The notes below the pieces were generated by a model. The model was given only the letters and a program-made list of their open reading frames with translations. It was not told the DNA's origin and ran no database searches. A stretch of DNA of 63,718 nt, the filler included, from Cercozoa sp. M6MM (lineage: Eukaryota > Protista > Endomyxa: Ascetosporea), in NCBI GenBank assembly GCA_040357565.1. It is 15 parts of 15 records of this genome, joined end to end, with 100 filler letters (N's around TTAATTAATTAA, not from the genome) between each part and the next. Parts side by side here need not be neighbours in the genome. Positions count along the whole stretch, not along the records: positions 44,463 to 47,609 come from JBDODJ010001588.1; positions 47,710 to 49,366 come from JBDODJ010001959.1; positions 49,467 to 54,141 come from JBDODJ010001081.1; positions 54,242 to 59,029 come from JBDODJ010001050.1; 11 more parts are not named here. One strand, 5' to 3'. This document shows, in pieces, positions 44,478-57,127 of this stretch (the first letter of the stretch is position 1; each line of letters begins with the position of its first letter). The translations under genes were made by a program, and so were the position numbers.

Positions 44478-45388
44478 ACCACTGCTGTCGCTGCGGTGTC
44501 TTGAGCTGCGCAAACGTGTCGGTGCTTTTGAGTGCCTCCTGTGCCACACTACACATACACCCAATCAGTCAGTCAGTGGTCAGTCAGTTGGTACCAATTG
44601 GCACGTGCCAAATGACTCATAAGGTACCGAGAAGAACGCGAGCCGCGCGAGAAGTCCTCTGTCTTACTTATCTGTACAAACTTATCTATGCACACGCATT
44701 TACCCCCCTACCCTCTACGCCACCTATTCATTATTTACCCCACTTAACCCCCCCCCCCCTCCATGGTACCATCAGAATGTGAATGCCGGCCAATGCGTCG
44801 GCATCGGGAAAAGTCGCGAAAAACGTCGCATGCGACAACAAGGCTTCCATGCTATGTCTCGCCTAAGAAGGGGTTAAGGGTAAAGGAGATAAAGGAGGGG
44901 GGGGGTAAAACCAAGCACTCGCGCCAAAAGGCAGGAATCGCGGCGTATCGTTCGAGCAGTTTCCGACGTCGCTCCGGCACTCGAAACACGAAGCGCTCCG
45001 TGCGCCTCTTTTGAACCGGGGTCACCTGAAACGGGAGACGATAAACAGGGAGGAAAACACGGTATGAAAAGCGGGGTTAAAGCGAGGGGTAAAAGAGTAT
45101 ACAGGGGGGAGAAGAGGAGGTAACAGGGGGTAGAAGAGGGGGTAAAAGAGGGGGTAAAAGAGGGGGGGTAAGAGGGGGTAAAAGAGGGGGTAAAAGAGGG
45201 GTAATTGGGGGGGGGGATAAACAGGGAGTACGCAGTCTTACCGGTCGGGCCGACGACTGCGTTCTTTGTCGCGTCGGCGGCGGTTCGTGCGACACGAAAC
45301 TGTCGGGTCGCGCTCGCTTCTTCTGCAGTTGTTGTTCTCTTTGTTGTTGTTGTTGTTCTCGTTGTTGTTGCTGCTGTTGTTGTTCTCG

Positions 45389-45420
<32 letters not shown>

Positions 45421-45765
45421 GCTGGCGCAGGAGTTCTTGTTCGCGCAGGAGCTGCTGCTGCTGCTCGAGCTGCCGCTGCTGCTGCAGCTGCTGTCGCTGC
45501 CGCAGCTGTTCCTCCTGCTGCACCGCGTTGCCCAGTCGTTCGAACAGTTCCGCCTTCGAACCCGTTTGCGGAAGATGGCGCTGCTTCAGCTCCTAAGGAG
45601 TCCAGAGAGTCATATCAGTCACACAGAGTCCCCTCTCCAAGCAAACCCCACCTGCTTCAGCGTCGTCATACGCCAGTCCTACAACATGGCGCACAATGAA
45701 ATTATACCAAACCCTCTAAACTCTGCCAAACTGACCTTAAAGGAGCGATCCAGAACGCGCTGCAT
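44478..45765 (-). CDS. SAP-domain protein with Gln-rich tract (3'-truncated)
   Basis: Spliced MQRVLDRSFK/DWRMTTLKQ/ELKQRHLPQTGSKAELFERL is a SAP motif, followed by a poly-Q/E coiled coil. Confidence 0.72.
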
Positions 45766-46012
45766 CCTCTGAGCCGCAATCACAAATATTCCCAATAATT
45801 TGCAACACTCGGACCAACAGAGCCAGATTGCTCCTCCCGCTAGGCAATCGGGTTCGCTCACACGCGTGAGCTTACCGCCCGCAAACCCTGCGCTAGAGGT
45901 ACTAAATAGTACATTGCTGTACAGGCTGGTAATTTACGGACAGAAAAATAAGAAAAAGGGCGCCTCTTTTTGTTTTTACGTAGCGCTCGCGGTAAAAAGG
46001 CGAATTTTCACA

Positions 46013-46677
46013 ATGGGTGGTGGCAACGGTCAGAAGTAAGCTCGTTTATGCTGTTTTAGGCGTGGAAGTTAGTGCACGGACACATTTTGAGGGTTTCTTT
46101 TTTCACTGAAAAAGACAACGTGTGTTTGAACTGTGAAGGTCGAAGACGCGCCGCGAGCGCGCCATGCGTCGCTCAAACAAAGTAAACCTGTGTTCTCATG
46201 AGTACCATCATGACTCCATCTATTGCACTGCAGAACAAGGGCGGTGTGTCGATGCACTCGGCGTCCGAGCAGGCCAAGCACTCGCACTACACTGTACTTT
46301 TTGGGCTCAGTGTCTGATGCAGAAAGAGTGAACTCACATCAAATGAGTGGAACAACACAAACTGCAGTGCAAGGGCTGCTTCCAGTCGTTCATGATCACG
46401 AGCAACGAGGCCATGTTGCGTCAGCATGGTATTTAATCCACACCCTATGTCACTCCTTTGGTTGTTCTGTGTATGTTAGTACTTGTGTGTCGATATAGTT
46501 GAGAACAAGCACAGTGGCAAGAAGGGCAAGACGTTTGAGCAGTGCTTGTAGCTTTTCTGTTTCAAAAATATATACACTTGTCTATATTATTCATGCTTGT
46601 TGAATTATGGTGTCGATTTTGACAGCCCGAACTTTGCTGCCTCGGCCTCTGCCGCCTCTGCCGCGCGCTCGCACTAG
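46013..46677 (+). CDS. Small C2H2 zinc-finger protein, At2g23090/ZNF706-like
   Basis: Six short exons splice to MGGGNGQKSKTRRERAMRRSNK...YTCKGCFQSFMITSNEAMLRQHVENKHSGKKGKTFEQCFPNF...; not represented as a whole in the ORF track. Confidence 0.85.
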
Positions 46678-47552
46678 AACGAACGACACTTCAAAGTCGA
46701 CGCGAAAATTGTTTTCGGCCGCGCCGACCGCACTGGTTAGGGCTGTGGAGTCGAGTCGGGAAGTTCATCTTCGTTTCGTTTCCCGTCCGGGCAGTCAATC
46801 AATTTTAATTACTTTTAGCACGCACTGTCGCATCCCGTGCGTTGCAGGGGTGTTTTAAACTAAACTCAGCGCACCTGTAGCTCGAAACTGACCTGCGCGA
46901 CTACCGTTCAATACACTGAGGGTAGAAGGTACCAACGCGAGTGTATCGACGAGCGACGTGGGCAGTACGCGTGCAGAGCCTTTCTTCAGCTTACCTTTAC
47001 CGCTTGCAGTGAATACGCAGCTTCGGTTAGGAAGTTTGAAAAGCCGATTTACTTCCTAGCGGTGTTGTAATAGCAGGTAAAACCAAGACAACGTAAAAAT
47101 TTTTGGGTGTACTTAGCGTAAACGTTCTTGCCGATAATTCTTGTTGACACGTATCGACAATAAAAAATACAGGCAAACCGGAATAACGGCCTATCCCTGT
47201 GTGCACACGTGGTTTCGTTGTACCTTAATCCCAGTGAGCAGATGCAGCGCGCTGGTAGTCATGTTTGAGTTTGCGTCCTCGAGCTGTGTCGGATGATGTT
47301 GGTTGTGCAGTGAGGACACTCGCTGGTGTCGGCTTCGCCTCGCTGGCTTTCTACAGTGTGCGAGAGGACGTGTTGCCTCATGCTCTTGCCGGCAGTCCGT
47401 CGGGCACTCTGGTACAAGAGTACTCGGATACATTTTCGATTTTGCTTTGCGGCTTGTGTCGCGAATTCCTCAGCAATTGCGATTTCGCGTGATTTCGCTC
47501 AATTTCGCTCAATTTCGCAGCGTTTTTCGCGTTTTCGCGACGAAGCTTTTCG

Positions 47553-47609
47553 TGAGTTGAGTTGAGTTGAGTTGAGTTGAGTTGAGTTGAGTTGAGTTGA
47601 GCTGAGTTG
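47553..47609. repeat. (GAGTT/AACTC)n pentamer microsatellite
   Basis: Near-perfect run at the contig end; the same unit occurs in introns at ~20190-20235 and ~36890-37050. Confidence 0.9.
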
Positions 47610-47780
47610 NNNNNNNNNNNNNNNNNNNNNNNNNNNNNNNNNNNNNNNNNNNNTTAATTAATTAANNNNNNNNNNNNNNNNNNNNNNNNNNNNNNNNNNN
47701 NNNNNNNNNACGGGGGGGTAAACAGGGGTGAACAGGGGTAAACAGGGGTGTAAATAAGGGGCAGGGGGGCAGGGGTAAGT

Positions 47781-48749
47781 ACCGGATCGTAGTCGGCAGC
47801 AGTCTCATCGATGCCCTTGCTCAAGTCGACAAACACAACGGTACGCTTCCTGAGTGAGCCCATAGAATAAATAGGTAGAGCCTATAGTACACCGAGCCGA
47901 TAGAGTATAGGACAGAGTCGATAGGACAGAGTCGACAGCAGAGAAAAGAGTCAGTGTACTTGAGTTCCTTCTGCGACAGACCGAACACGTTGTCCGAGTT
48001 GCCTTTGTCGTTGCGGTGATGCGACACCACTTCGAGGTTCAGCTTGCTGCCTACTCGTACAAATGGACCAGACACACATGAACCGTCCAAGTGGACCACA
48101 AATCGGTACATATAGACCGCAGGGCGGGTTGTACCGAACCAGTCGCACGAGTAGGCCGTGACGCAGTCGGGATACTCGTTCCACGCCAACTCGTCCAACG
48201 CGATCGTTCGCAGCGACGGCACAATGCTCCTGAGGGCACACACATACCGTACAGATGGACCAGTACATACGGAAGTACACATGGACCAGCACATATGGAC
48301 CAGTACATATGGACCAGTACATACGGACCAGTACAGAAACGTACTTGACCCAGCCGGGAATCTTGCTCGCCAGGTGCACCTTCTTGTGCGTGAACTACCA
48401 TTCGGAAAGAGGGTGGTAAGAGGGGATAAGAAGGGGGGTAAGAAGGGGTAAAGGAGGGCTATACCTGACCTTTGCCGTTCTCGTCGTTGTAAGGCTCGTT
48501 TCGCAGGACCTCAATACCTACACGACAGACTCAGAAAACTACAAGGGACAAAAAGAAAAAAATGATACCTTCGCCGTCGCCCGTTTCCTGGGCTGAGGCG
48601 CGAGCCACCATGAAGAGCTGACCCAGGTGGTACTCCTCCACCGTCCTAAAACGCAGACAGTTCGTCCAAGCCATTGCCAGACAATGGGCACACAGAAAAA
48701 TGAAGCAGACTCACAGCGGCAAAACGATGCGATACTCCACCAGTTTCAT
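47781..48749 (-). CDS. Phosphatidylinositol transfer protein (START-fold PITP alpha/beta type), 3'-truncated
   Basis: MKLVEYRIVLPL/TVEEYHLGQLFMVARASAQETGDGEG/IEVLRNEPY..GKGQ/..HLASKIPGWVK/..ELAWNEYPDCVT../NDKGNSDNVFGL. Confidence 0.92.
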
Positions 48750-48948
48750 TTTCCTCTTTCACAATATTCCCGCACAAGAATTTCTAACACTATGAGCGAT
48801 CCCAACTGGGCTACGCAGACGCACACGCTCACGCGATTAGTGTCCCTCTGAAACTGCTCGTCCAGTTTCGGTCCAAATTGCTCCAAAGATTAAAACATCC
48901 ATGTTGAGTAGTTAAACCTTTGCAGCTAAGCTAGATTGTGAACATTCT

Positions 48949-49335
48949 ATGAGTGCTTCAGAAGAACCGTCATTTACGTGGTCAGATGTAGGTTTTAAAT
49001 TGGCTTCTCGGCGTGCAGTTGCATGGGTTGATATGTCAAAGGAGTTGGACGTGCCTGAGATGACGTTTGCCGAGTTTCGCCGGCGCTGCGTCGAGGAAGG
49101 ACAGCAACTGATGTACCTGTCAATAGTATTTGAGGGGGGAGGGTTAACTAAGGGAGCGGTGTTGTAGTTTGTTGCATGGCATGGTCGTGGATGTCGCACG
49201 TTACATCAATCGACATCCGGGCGGAGAACAAGGTATCTGGGACTTTGTGTTGTTTTCTTAAGGCTGCGTTTTGTTAAAGGTTGTGTTTAGTTCTGCGACG
49301 AGCGATCGGAACCGACGCGTCGCATTTGTTTGAGG
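48949..49335 (+). CDS. Cytochrome b5-like heme-binding domain protein, 5' part
   Basis: PEMTFAEF...LHGMVVDVARYINRHPGGEQ contains the HPGG heme-binding motif. Confidence 0.75.
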
Positions 49336-49466
49336 TGTGTGCTTTACCCACCCCCCACATACCTTTNNNNNNNNNNNNNNNNNNNNNNNNNNNNNNNNNN
49401 NNNNNNNNNNTTAATTAATTAANNNNNNNNNNNNNNNNNNNNNNNNNNNNNNNNNNNNNNNNNNNN

Positions 49467-49499
<33 letters not shown>

Positions 49500-49511
49500 C
49501 CCCCCCCCCAG

Positions 49512-50565
49512 GCTGTGCACAGTGTCAGCTGTGGTTCTCGCTCCCTCGGCTCTCTCGGCTCACAACGAGCCAGGATCAGCGAGATCCGAACGAGTTTTTT
49601 TTTTCTGCAGAACGACAAAGGCGGGGCAGCCAAGTGCTTTTTCGGTGTGTATTTCTCTTTGTTGTTGACTTGGACGAGTCTTGCTGCCTCGGACTCATCC
49701 AACAAGGTGGGAGAACGAGCCAGACTCAGAGGAAGCCAGTGCTGCGCGTTACTGTAGCCTGCCAGCTATCGTATGCGTCGACGTCGTTCGGCCGAGTGGC
49801 CCAGTCGCGCACAACGCGCTCCGTGGCGAACTGCGCAGGTATGATGTCTTTTCCTGATGGCCAGCATGACCTGATCGGTGGTCTTGATCAGTTGTGACCA
49901 CTGTTGAACGCCGCAGCTAATTTTTTATCTTTCTCTTTAGTCTGCACCGAGCTCACCCACATTAAGGAGCGCGGCACCTTCCGTGGAATCGTTTGGCGCC
50001 TTGTGTCTGCCGCAACCGGCCCCTGGTAGTTGTTGTTGGTTGACCGTGTCGCCTTGAGAGTCGGTGTCTGCTGTAGGCTGGCGCTGTGTGTTTGGCAACG
50101 TGTACCAGCACGCAAACACTGGTACACGACACGTGTGCGATGCCAACTGTCAGTTGCGTCAGTGGGATCACCAGCGTTCCATCTTCGTGTGTCCTGCTTC
50201 CGGCGAGTGCCGAGTACTCTCTCCCCCACACCTTCAATCTTGGTGAGAGGAGTATGCTGGTGCTCTTTTTGCCACAGATGCGAACCTTTGCGGTGTCAAA
50301 GAAGCACGTTCGTAGAAGAGAACACTCAGCAGGAAGCATGAACGAAGACGATGAGGACGACGAAGACGACGAGGAGGATGAGGACATGTATCTGACCGAG
50401 AGAGCAAAGCGACGACGCATCTTCAGCACCTCGCCTGTCACGTCGCTGCCTGGCTCCTCTGCGACGCAAGTGCCCTGCCACAGCGTGGATGCACCCGAAC
50501 TGCCCGGCAACTCGTTGCCTGTGTCTGGCCAGTCTTCTGCCATGGCCGGACAGTTGAGCAGCTAG
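49512..50565 (+). CDS. Hypothetical protein, 3' part, with acidic tract and basic NLS-like motif
   Basis: Terminal exon ...EDDEDDEDDEEDED...AKRRR...QLSS-TAG; upstream GT-AG introns. Confidence 0.45.
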
Positions 50566-51452
50566 ACAGATATCCGATTGTGTTCGGTTCTGTCGTGTGC
50601 TGTTTGGTTCCGTTCCGTTCCGTTTCTTTAATTTGTTCGCACTCCGCCCGCTCGACCTAATAGGCGAGTTCACTGAACATTGTGTTGCAATTGCGTTCAG
50701 CTGAATCTGCGCTGCGTCTGATGTCGAGTTCGTTGCCGAGAACTTGACGTGAATCGAATCTGGACGTACGGGAAGTGACTCCGTCGGAGTAGTACTGTAC
50801 TCGTGAGTCGAACTGATCCTCTAGCATCATCGGTCGAGTGCCGCTGATGTACTAGACGGGCCGACCTGGAACCAGCACTTCTTGATCCTCTTCCTCAGAC
50901 TTCAAGTCGAAGTAAAAAGTCGAGCGAGTCTCACCAGAGCGCAACGGGTTTGGCGTCGGAGAAATCGGAGGCGTGTTGCCAACATGCGGTGTTGATATGC
51001 ACAGGCCAGTTCTCCCCAAAGGCTAGTTGCACGTTGCCTGAGTGTGCTTTAGAGCTGCTGCAGATTTGATTGCCATACCAATCTCGCTGCCCGAGACGTC
51101 GTGATGGCTGTAACTGCACGACTTTTGCGTGAGGTCAGTTCAAGTCAGATTGAGGCGACATTTTCAAATGTTCAAATTCTCCCCAGGCACTTGCCAGCAC
51201 TCAACACGAAGACAACATTGAGATTTCCGACGCAACGCTCGAAGCCAGCGACACTGGGAGCGATGCGAATGACCGACTCAACGCAGAGACTGAGACGCAC
51301 GGCCTTAAGGAACAGTCCTGCAGTGCGGAAGATGAGTTCGACCGCATCGACACGCGTGACATGGCTCGCCGAATTGGTACAGCATTAAATCAATGAAGCT
51401 AAGAAGCACACGCTCACACCGTGTGTGCCTGTCACTGAGAGTAGCAGAAGCA

Positions 51453-52817
51453 ATGGACCCAATGTTGGGCGGTGCTTATCGCTCTGATCGACCCACCACC
51501 GACGAAGTACTGCACCAGCAGCAGCGTTACGGTGTCTACTCGGACGAAGTCGACACTCGCCCCAAGGTGGCTTCTTCATCGTCGTTGTCAAGTAGCTCAA
51601 ACTCGCGTACGGAGGCACGTCATGTCGCTCGCGAGGACAGACTCAGAGACACGCAGTACTACCGACGCAGTGGTGCACCTGGCCCCGTCTACGGTGACAC
51701 CTACAGCGACCGAAGGGAGGAGTCACGTCGGGTGGCCCGATCATACGAACGAGGCAGAGACATAAAGTTCGACAAAACTCCCGAGGCATCCAGAGATGTG
51801 TCTCGTCGCTACGGTGAAACAGAGTACGACCGACGTGAACGGTATGACAGAACTACCAAGGAGCCCAGAGATGTGTCACGTCGCTACGGAGAAACTGAGT
51901 ATGACCGACGCAAAGAAACACGCCAACTGTCGTACAAGGAGCCACCTGTTCCAATCGATCGGTACCAGCGTGTTGAGACACGTAAACTCACAGGAGAAAC
52001 CACACGCAAAGAGGCACCGGAGCCTCGCCCGCGGAGTCTCGAAAACGAGTACTTTGAGCGCGAGCTGGAAACCTTGCGCGACGAGTTGGCCAAACAAGTA
52101 CGTTAGTCTGTAAAATCACCTACAACAACACAAGCATGAGTACGTAGTACATGCACTTTTATTTCAGCACGACGAGCTAACACTCGAGCGGCAACTGAAA
52201 GACAACGCCGAGCGCACGTACATTGACGCTCATCGCGAGAACGAATCTCTGCGGTACTGCCCGTATATTAGGTTAAAATCCGTGTAAATTGCTGTCATTA
52301 GTTTAATGCGTGCATTTTCAAGCAGAAGGAGGTGCGAGATGGCGCAAAAGGCGGCGGCAGAGGCCCAGAATCGGGTGCAAGACCTCCTGCAGCAACTTGA
52401 CGAACTCCGGTGCCTCTCCGCCAAGCCCACGTCACTTTGATTGAGCTTAGTTTACCTTTCTTGCTTGTCTTTGACAGATCCGATCAGGAGGCACGTATCG
52501 ACGCACTCAACCAACACCTCGAGAATGTACGTTCGCAGCAGACGCAGCGACACGACGCACTGCGACGCGACCACGAAGAAGCCATGTACAACATATAGGC
52601 TTTATGTATATATATATATATATATATATATACAAAATAATGTAAAGATACTCTTTCACTTGAACATAGTGAATGTGCGACACTACTTTCTATGATGCGG
52701 TGAGAGCAGAAAGAAGCGCGACCAGGCTCTACGAGAGGCGCACGAAGAAGTTCGCGCCGTGAAAGCGCAACTTGCGTCGGCCGAGGATGCTGTCAGTTGA
52801 ACCACATCCTGCTGCTG

Positions 52818-52877
<60 letters not shown>

Positions 52878-52887
52878 NNNNNNNNNN

Positions 52888-52936
<49 letters not shown>

Positions 52937-53181
52937 AATTTGCACATCAGATCATTGCAGAGAGCGCGAGCTGAGCTCGAGATGACCAAGGCTCCTCCTC
53001 ACATCGACTTGGACCGGTAGGCCAGTATCCACACCTTTAGCCGTTCTAACTGAAAGAAGCAAACACTCGCATGGATAGAGACAAGTCGAGTGGCCTCGTG
53101 ATTCGCTACAAGCGCTCCCACGCCGGGTTAGCCGACGCTGAGCGGCAGCATGCCACCTGGCGCATCGTGGAGATGCACTAA
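51453..53181 (+). CDS. Hypothetical R/E/Y-rich coiled-coil protein
   Basis: Long first exon containing a duplicated RDVSRRYGETEYDRR, then heptad-rich spliced exons; ends WRIVEMH-TAA. Confidence 0.65.
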
Positions 53182-53335
53182 TGCACTACTGGCCTCACTT
53201 AACTTGTTACAGTTTGGCATTCGAACTGTGAGTTTTCTTAGAGAAGTTTCGGAAGTGAAATAACTAGAACATAGCACCATAACGCAGCCAACGCAGTGTA
53301 GGCTGCCCTAGTGCTGCACAGTCGATGAAAACTGA

Positions 53336-54141
53336 CTACAGTTGGAAGTTTTTTGTTGGCGTAGCTATGTTGCGTTGGCGTCCAGTACGACACACGCAAG
53401 GGAATTTACAGTTGGCAATCTCCCGGAGTTCACGTTGGATTAGTGCGAATGCCTGTGGTAGCTTCTTCGAGTGCATGTCCCGTCGAAGAGCGGCGCCCAG
53501 GAGAGTCTTCACCGGCGCCGATGAGCGACATGGCAGCTGTACACATATGGGTACTGGGTAGGGAGGGGTAAGGGGTGGGGCAGGGGTAGACTGACAGGAA
53601 ACAGGATGCAAACTGTGGCTGTCGCTGTCGCTGTCGCTGTTGTTGTTGTCGCTATTGTTGTTGTCGCTGTTGTTGTTTTCGTTGCTGTTTTCGTTGTTGT
53701 TTTCGTCGGTGTCGCTGACGCTGTTGCGTGCCAGTTCGGCCTGCATGCACGAGGAGTAAAGGGAGGGGTAAGGGGTAAAGGGGGGCTGGAGCGGCTACCT
53801 GCTGTTCGGCAATGATGCGCTGCACGACTTCATCGCTATTGTCTACAAGCACCCTCGGGGGGGGGGGGGGTAAGGGTAAGGGGTAAGGTAAGAGGGTAAG
53901 GGGGATAGGAGGGTAGGGACATACCCACTTCGGCCGCAACAATGCCGAGTCCGGTTCCTTCGTTTCCTCGCAGCACGTCCTAGGGGGAGGAGGAGTAAGG
54001 CGGTAGGGGAGGGGTGGGGGGTGGGTAAAACCGCAGCAGTGACACGCATGGCCCTCTTGACGAGTCGATCGCGCGTGCGTAACAACAACACCTCGGCCAC
54101 GGCCACAACAACAATCACCGACACCACCAGGCGCGTGCTGC
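53336..54141 (-). CDS. Hypothetical protein, 3' part, with Asn/Ser/Asp tract
   Basis: Short exons separated by C-run introns; ends KNFQL-TAG. Confidence 0.45.
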
Positions 54142-54241
54142 NNNNNNNNNNNNNNNNNNNNNNNNNNNNNNNNNNNNNNNNNNNNTTAATTAATTAANNN
54201 NNNNNNNNNNNNNNNNNNNNNNNNNNNNNNNNNNNNNNNNN

Positions 54242-54283
<42 letters not shown>

Positions 54284-54794
54284 TTGTTGTCTTCTTTATA
54301 TATTTTCGACAGTTTTGGTGTAACGTGACGAAAACCTGTGCTCCATCCATGGACCTCGGCTCACGAGCCTTCTGAAGATTGAAACCTCAGTCAGTTCAAC
54401 AATTGTTTTGGCGAGTTGCTCAGCCAAAGCTCAACTGACGGTCTGGAACTGCGAGCAAAGTCCGATCATGAGTGGTCCTTATTTTTCATATCCTAACCCA
54501 GGCTCAAGTGCACTCAGTGTCACCCCCTATACTTGTATCACTAGCCCGCCGAAAAAGACTGATCCACGAATAAAGAAGCGAACTTGTTCGTTTTCTTAAC
54601 AACTAATCCAGCACACATCACTGGCGTCTTTCTTGCTACACTTTGGGCTGCGCTCTTGTTAAAAGTGAGCAGGCACGCCGGCACGCCAAGTTTGTGATCG
54701 CTCCTCTCCTGGGTACCGTGCGGTAAACTGTAAACAGTTGACTGTAATCAAATAAAACTGAAACTTACTGTGTCTTTCTGATGCTGGATGCAGG

Positions 54795-55642
54795 ATGCAC
54801 GAGACAGGTGATGTCCGATACACACGTCGATACGCGGTGGCGCAGTGTGTCGCGGTGCTCTTTGTCTGCGCGACACTACTCGTGACTCACCGGTCACTGC
54901 ACGTGCAGCAGCCAAAGCTGCCTCACGAGCCGAGGGCCGCGTTGCCGCTGCAGCAGGAGCCGCTGCAGCATGAGCCGTCGTCGTATCGCGTGTGTCACTT
55001 TGCGCGAACCGAGCTCAGAAGCAGCGCCTTCACGGCGACCTTCCGCGACTATGCCGTGCGCTTCCTGTGCGGTATCCTCAATCGGCCGGACGAGCAGCGC
55101 GAGCTTTTCTACGCCGGCTGGTCAGTCGGTCAGACCATCGTTGCCAGTGCCGACATCGTCCACGCAGGCTACCTCAAGGAACCGCACAACTACGGGGTGT
55201 GTACACCATTTATGTCCCGTCCCCAGACTGTGTAAACTTAAACTTAGTTGCTGGGCATCTGGGGTCACACACACCTGCTACACCGAGTGCGAGATCGCGT
55301 GTTGGTCACCAAGACAGGCAACCAATCGGCCTTGTCTCTAGTAGCTTTATATATATATATATATATATATATATTATCTATCTATTTTTATCAACAAAAT
55401 AAGCAAATGCATGGATGATTTAAGTTTGTGTAGATTAAAGAACAACCGACTTTCTTTTCGACCGTTGACGAGGAGAAACTGCAGGAGTTCCTCGATATTG
55501 ACAGCTTCAACGCGGAACTCACTGGCGTCAAGATGATCCACAAGCGCGGCCTCGGACTCTACATGGCGACGCCGCTGTCGAGTCACTTTCCGTGGAAGCG
55601 ACTCGACTCTTTGCCTGTGTGTGATGGTACACCGTGACTGTG

Positions 55643-55675
<33 letters not shown>

Positions 55676-56047
55676 GTATCTATATAGTCACACAGAAGAT
55701 ACATGCTATGCTGCGTGCACAGAGCAACAGCAAGCAAAGGTCAAAGAGACCGTTGCAAGATTCGGCTACGACAGCGGTCGCATCGACCTGAACCGTGCAC
55801 TCGGTGAGGCACAAGACGGTGTACGAATCATGGACGCCTGTCTCTCCAACAGTACGAGTGGCTCTACTCTTACGTGCGTCCACTGACTGTGTCTGTGATT
55901 GCTTTGAGTGCAGCTCACTTTGTCCGCTCGCAACACAAGCAATTCCGCCTCTTTCGCGCACACAATTCCTCCTGCAGCGAACTTGACGGAGTCTCCATTC
56001 CAGTGGCTGATGACTGGTGGGCGCGGAGAGGCGAACACGCTATGTGA
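54795..56047 (+). CDS. Hypothetical type II membrane protein (possible glycan-modifying enzyme)
   Basis: Short basic N-terminus, TM helix YAVAQCVAVLFVCATLLVT, Pro/Gln stem, then spliced globular exons. Confidence 0.55.
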
Positions 56048-56182
56048 TGCACTGCACCAGCATGCTTAGAGAAAGATAATTCACAGTATCTAAAAAAAAT
56101 TAAATATGAGATTTCGTCAGACCGACCAAGAAGTTACTATTATAGTACTACCAAGCGCCCCAGCCGAGCAGATACAGTGCTA

Positions 56183-56243
56183 GTAGCTACCAGCTGATAC
56201 TGTAGCTACCAGCTGATACAGTAGCTACCAGCTGATACAGTAG
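56183..56243. repeat. 19-bp tandem repeat GTAGCTACCAGCTGATAC(A/T), about 3.2 copies
   Basis: Read directly; no spacers between copies. Confidence 0.9.
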
Positions 56244-57127
56244 GAGCCGGGGACCATCATGAACTGCCAGGACTAACTTGCGCTGCCTTGGAAGCATTTT
56301 ACTAAGCCAACTAAACTTACTGTCAGGAAGTTTCGAGCCAAAATGAACGGAAATGTTGCGCAAACGAAATTACCGTATTGGACCACCTGGAGGGGGGGGG
56401 CAGACGCGCGGCGCATCTGGCTTAGATTCAGTCACCAAGTGCACCCAGCACTAACTGCCGGTACTGTACGTTCAGCACAGTATGCATCATGCGGCAGTAT
56501 CGATACTTTAATACTCTGGTCGGACTTGCGCGGGTGTTGAGTGACGAACGGGAAGCCGACAGCGGGTGGACTCGGAGTTGTGTACTGAAGTTCAGGTTTC
56601 TCTTACCGTGCCTAATTCTTTACAGTACACGATTCTCTGTATATTCGCCCAGTGAAGTCGCACCGTCACACGCCGATGATGGAGCACCGTACCGAAACAA
56701 GACGTGTAAGGGAGCGATCGCCGCTCCTCGAACACAATGGAAATCACGAAGAAACAACTGAAACAAAATTTCGTAGGTACGAAAGCGTTGTCTTTAAACC
56801 GTGTACACGTTGTATGCGTCTGTGCACTGTAGACCTCCAACTCCGAAAAGAAGCTGGCTCCAACTAGGAGAGGCGTTTTTCCAGAAGCGCGGTCGTACAG
56901 TGTTGTTACGGCTTTCGCCCGTCATCTTGCTTGTACACCTACCGTCATAGCGAATTGCCAATACTGAAATAATTGCTTTGAGTTGGTAGACCGTTTATTG
57001 GCTGTTCTTGCGTCGCGACAAGTACCCACTCCACCACGATTTATATACATATAAAACTTATAACCGAAACTGTATGAAAAAGTTGGTAGCAACTTTACTA
57101 AGTGTACACACGAATGTAGGTATGGCA

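Noticed and set aside
50640-51000. Minus-strand coding-like stretch interrupted by a TAG
   Set aside because: No family similarity or reliable splice structure; cannot be distinguished from chance or an old pseudogene.
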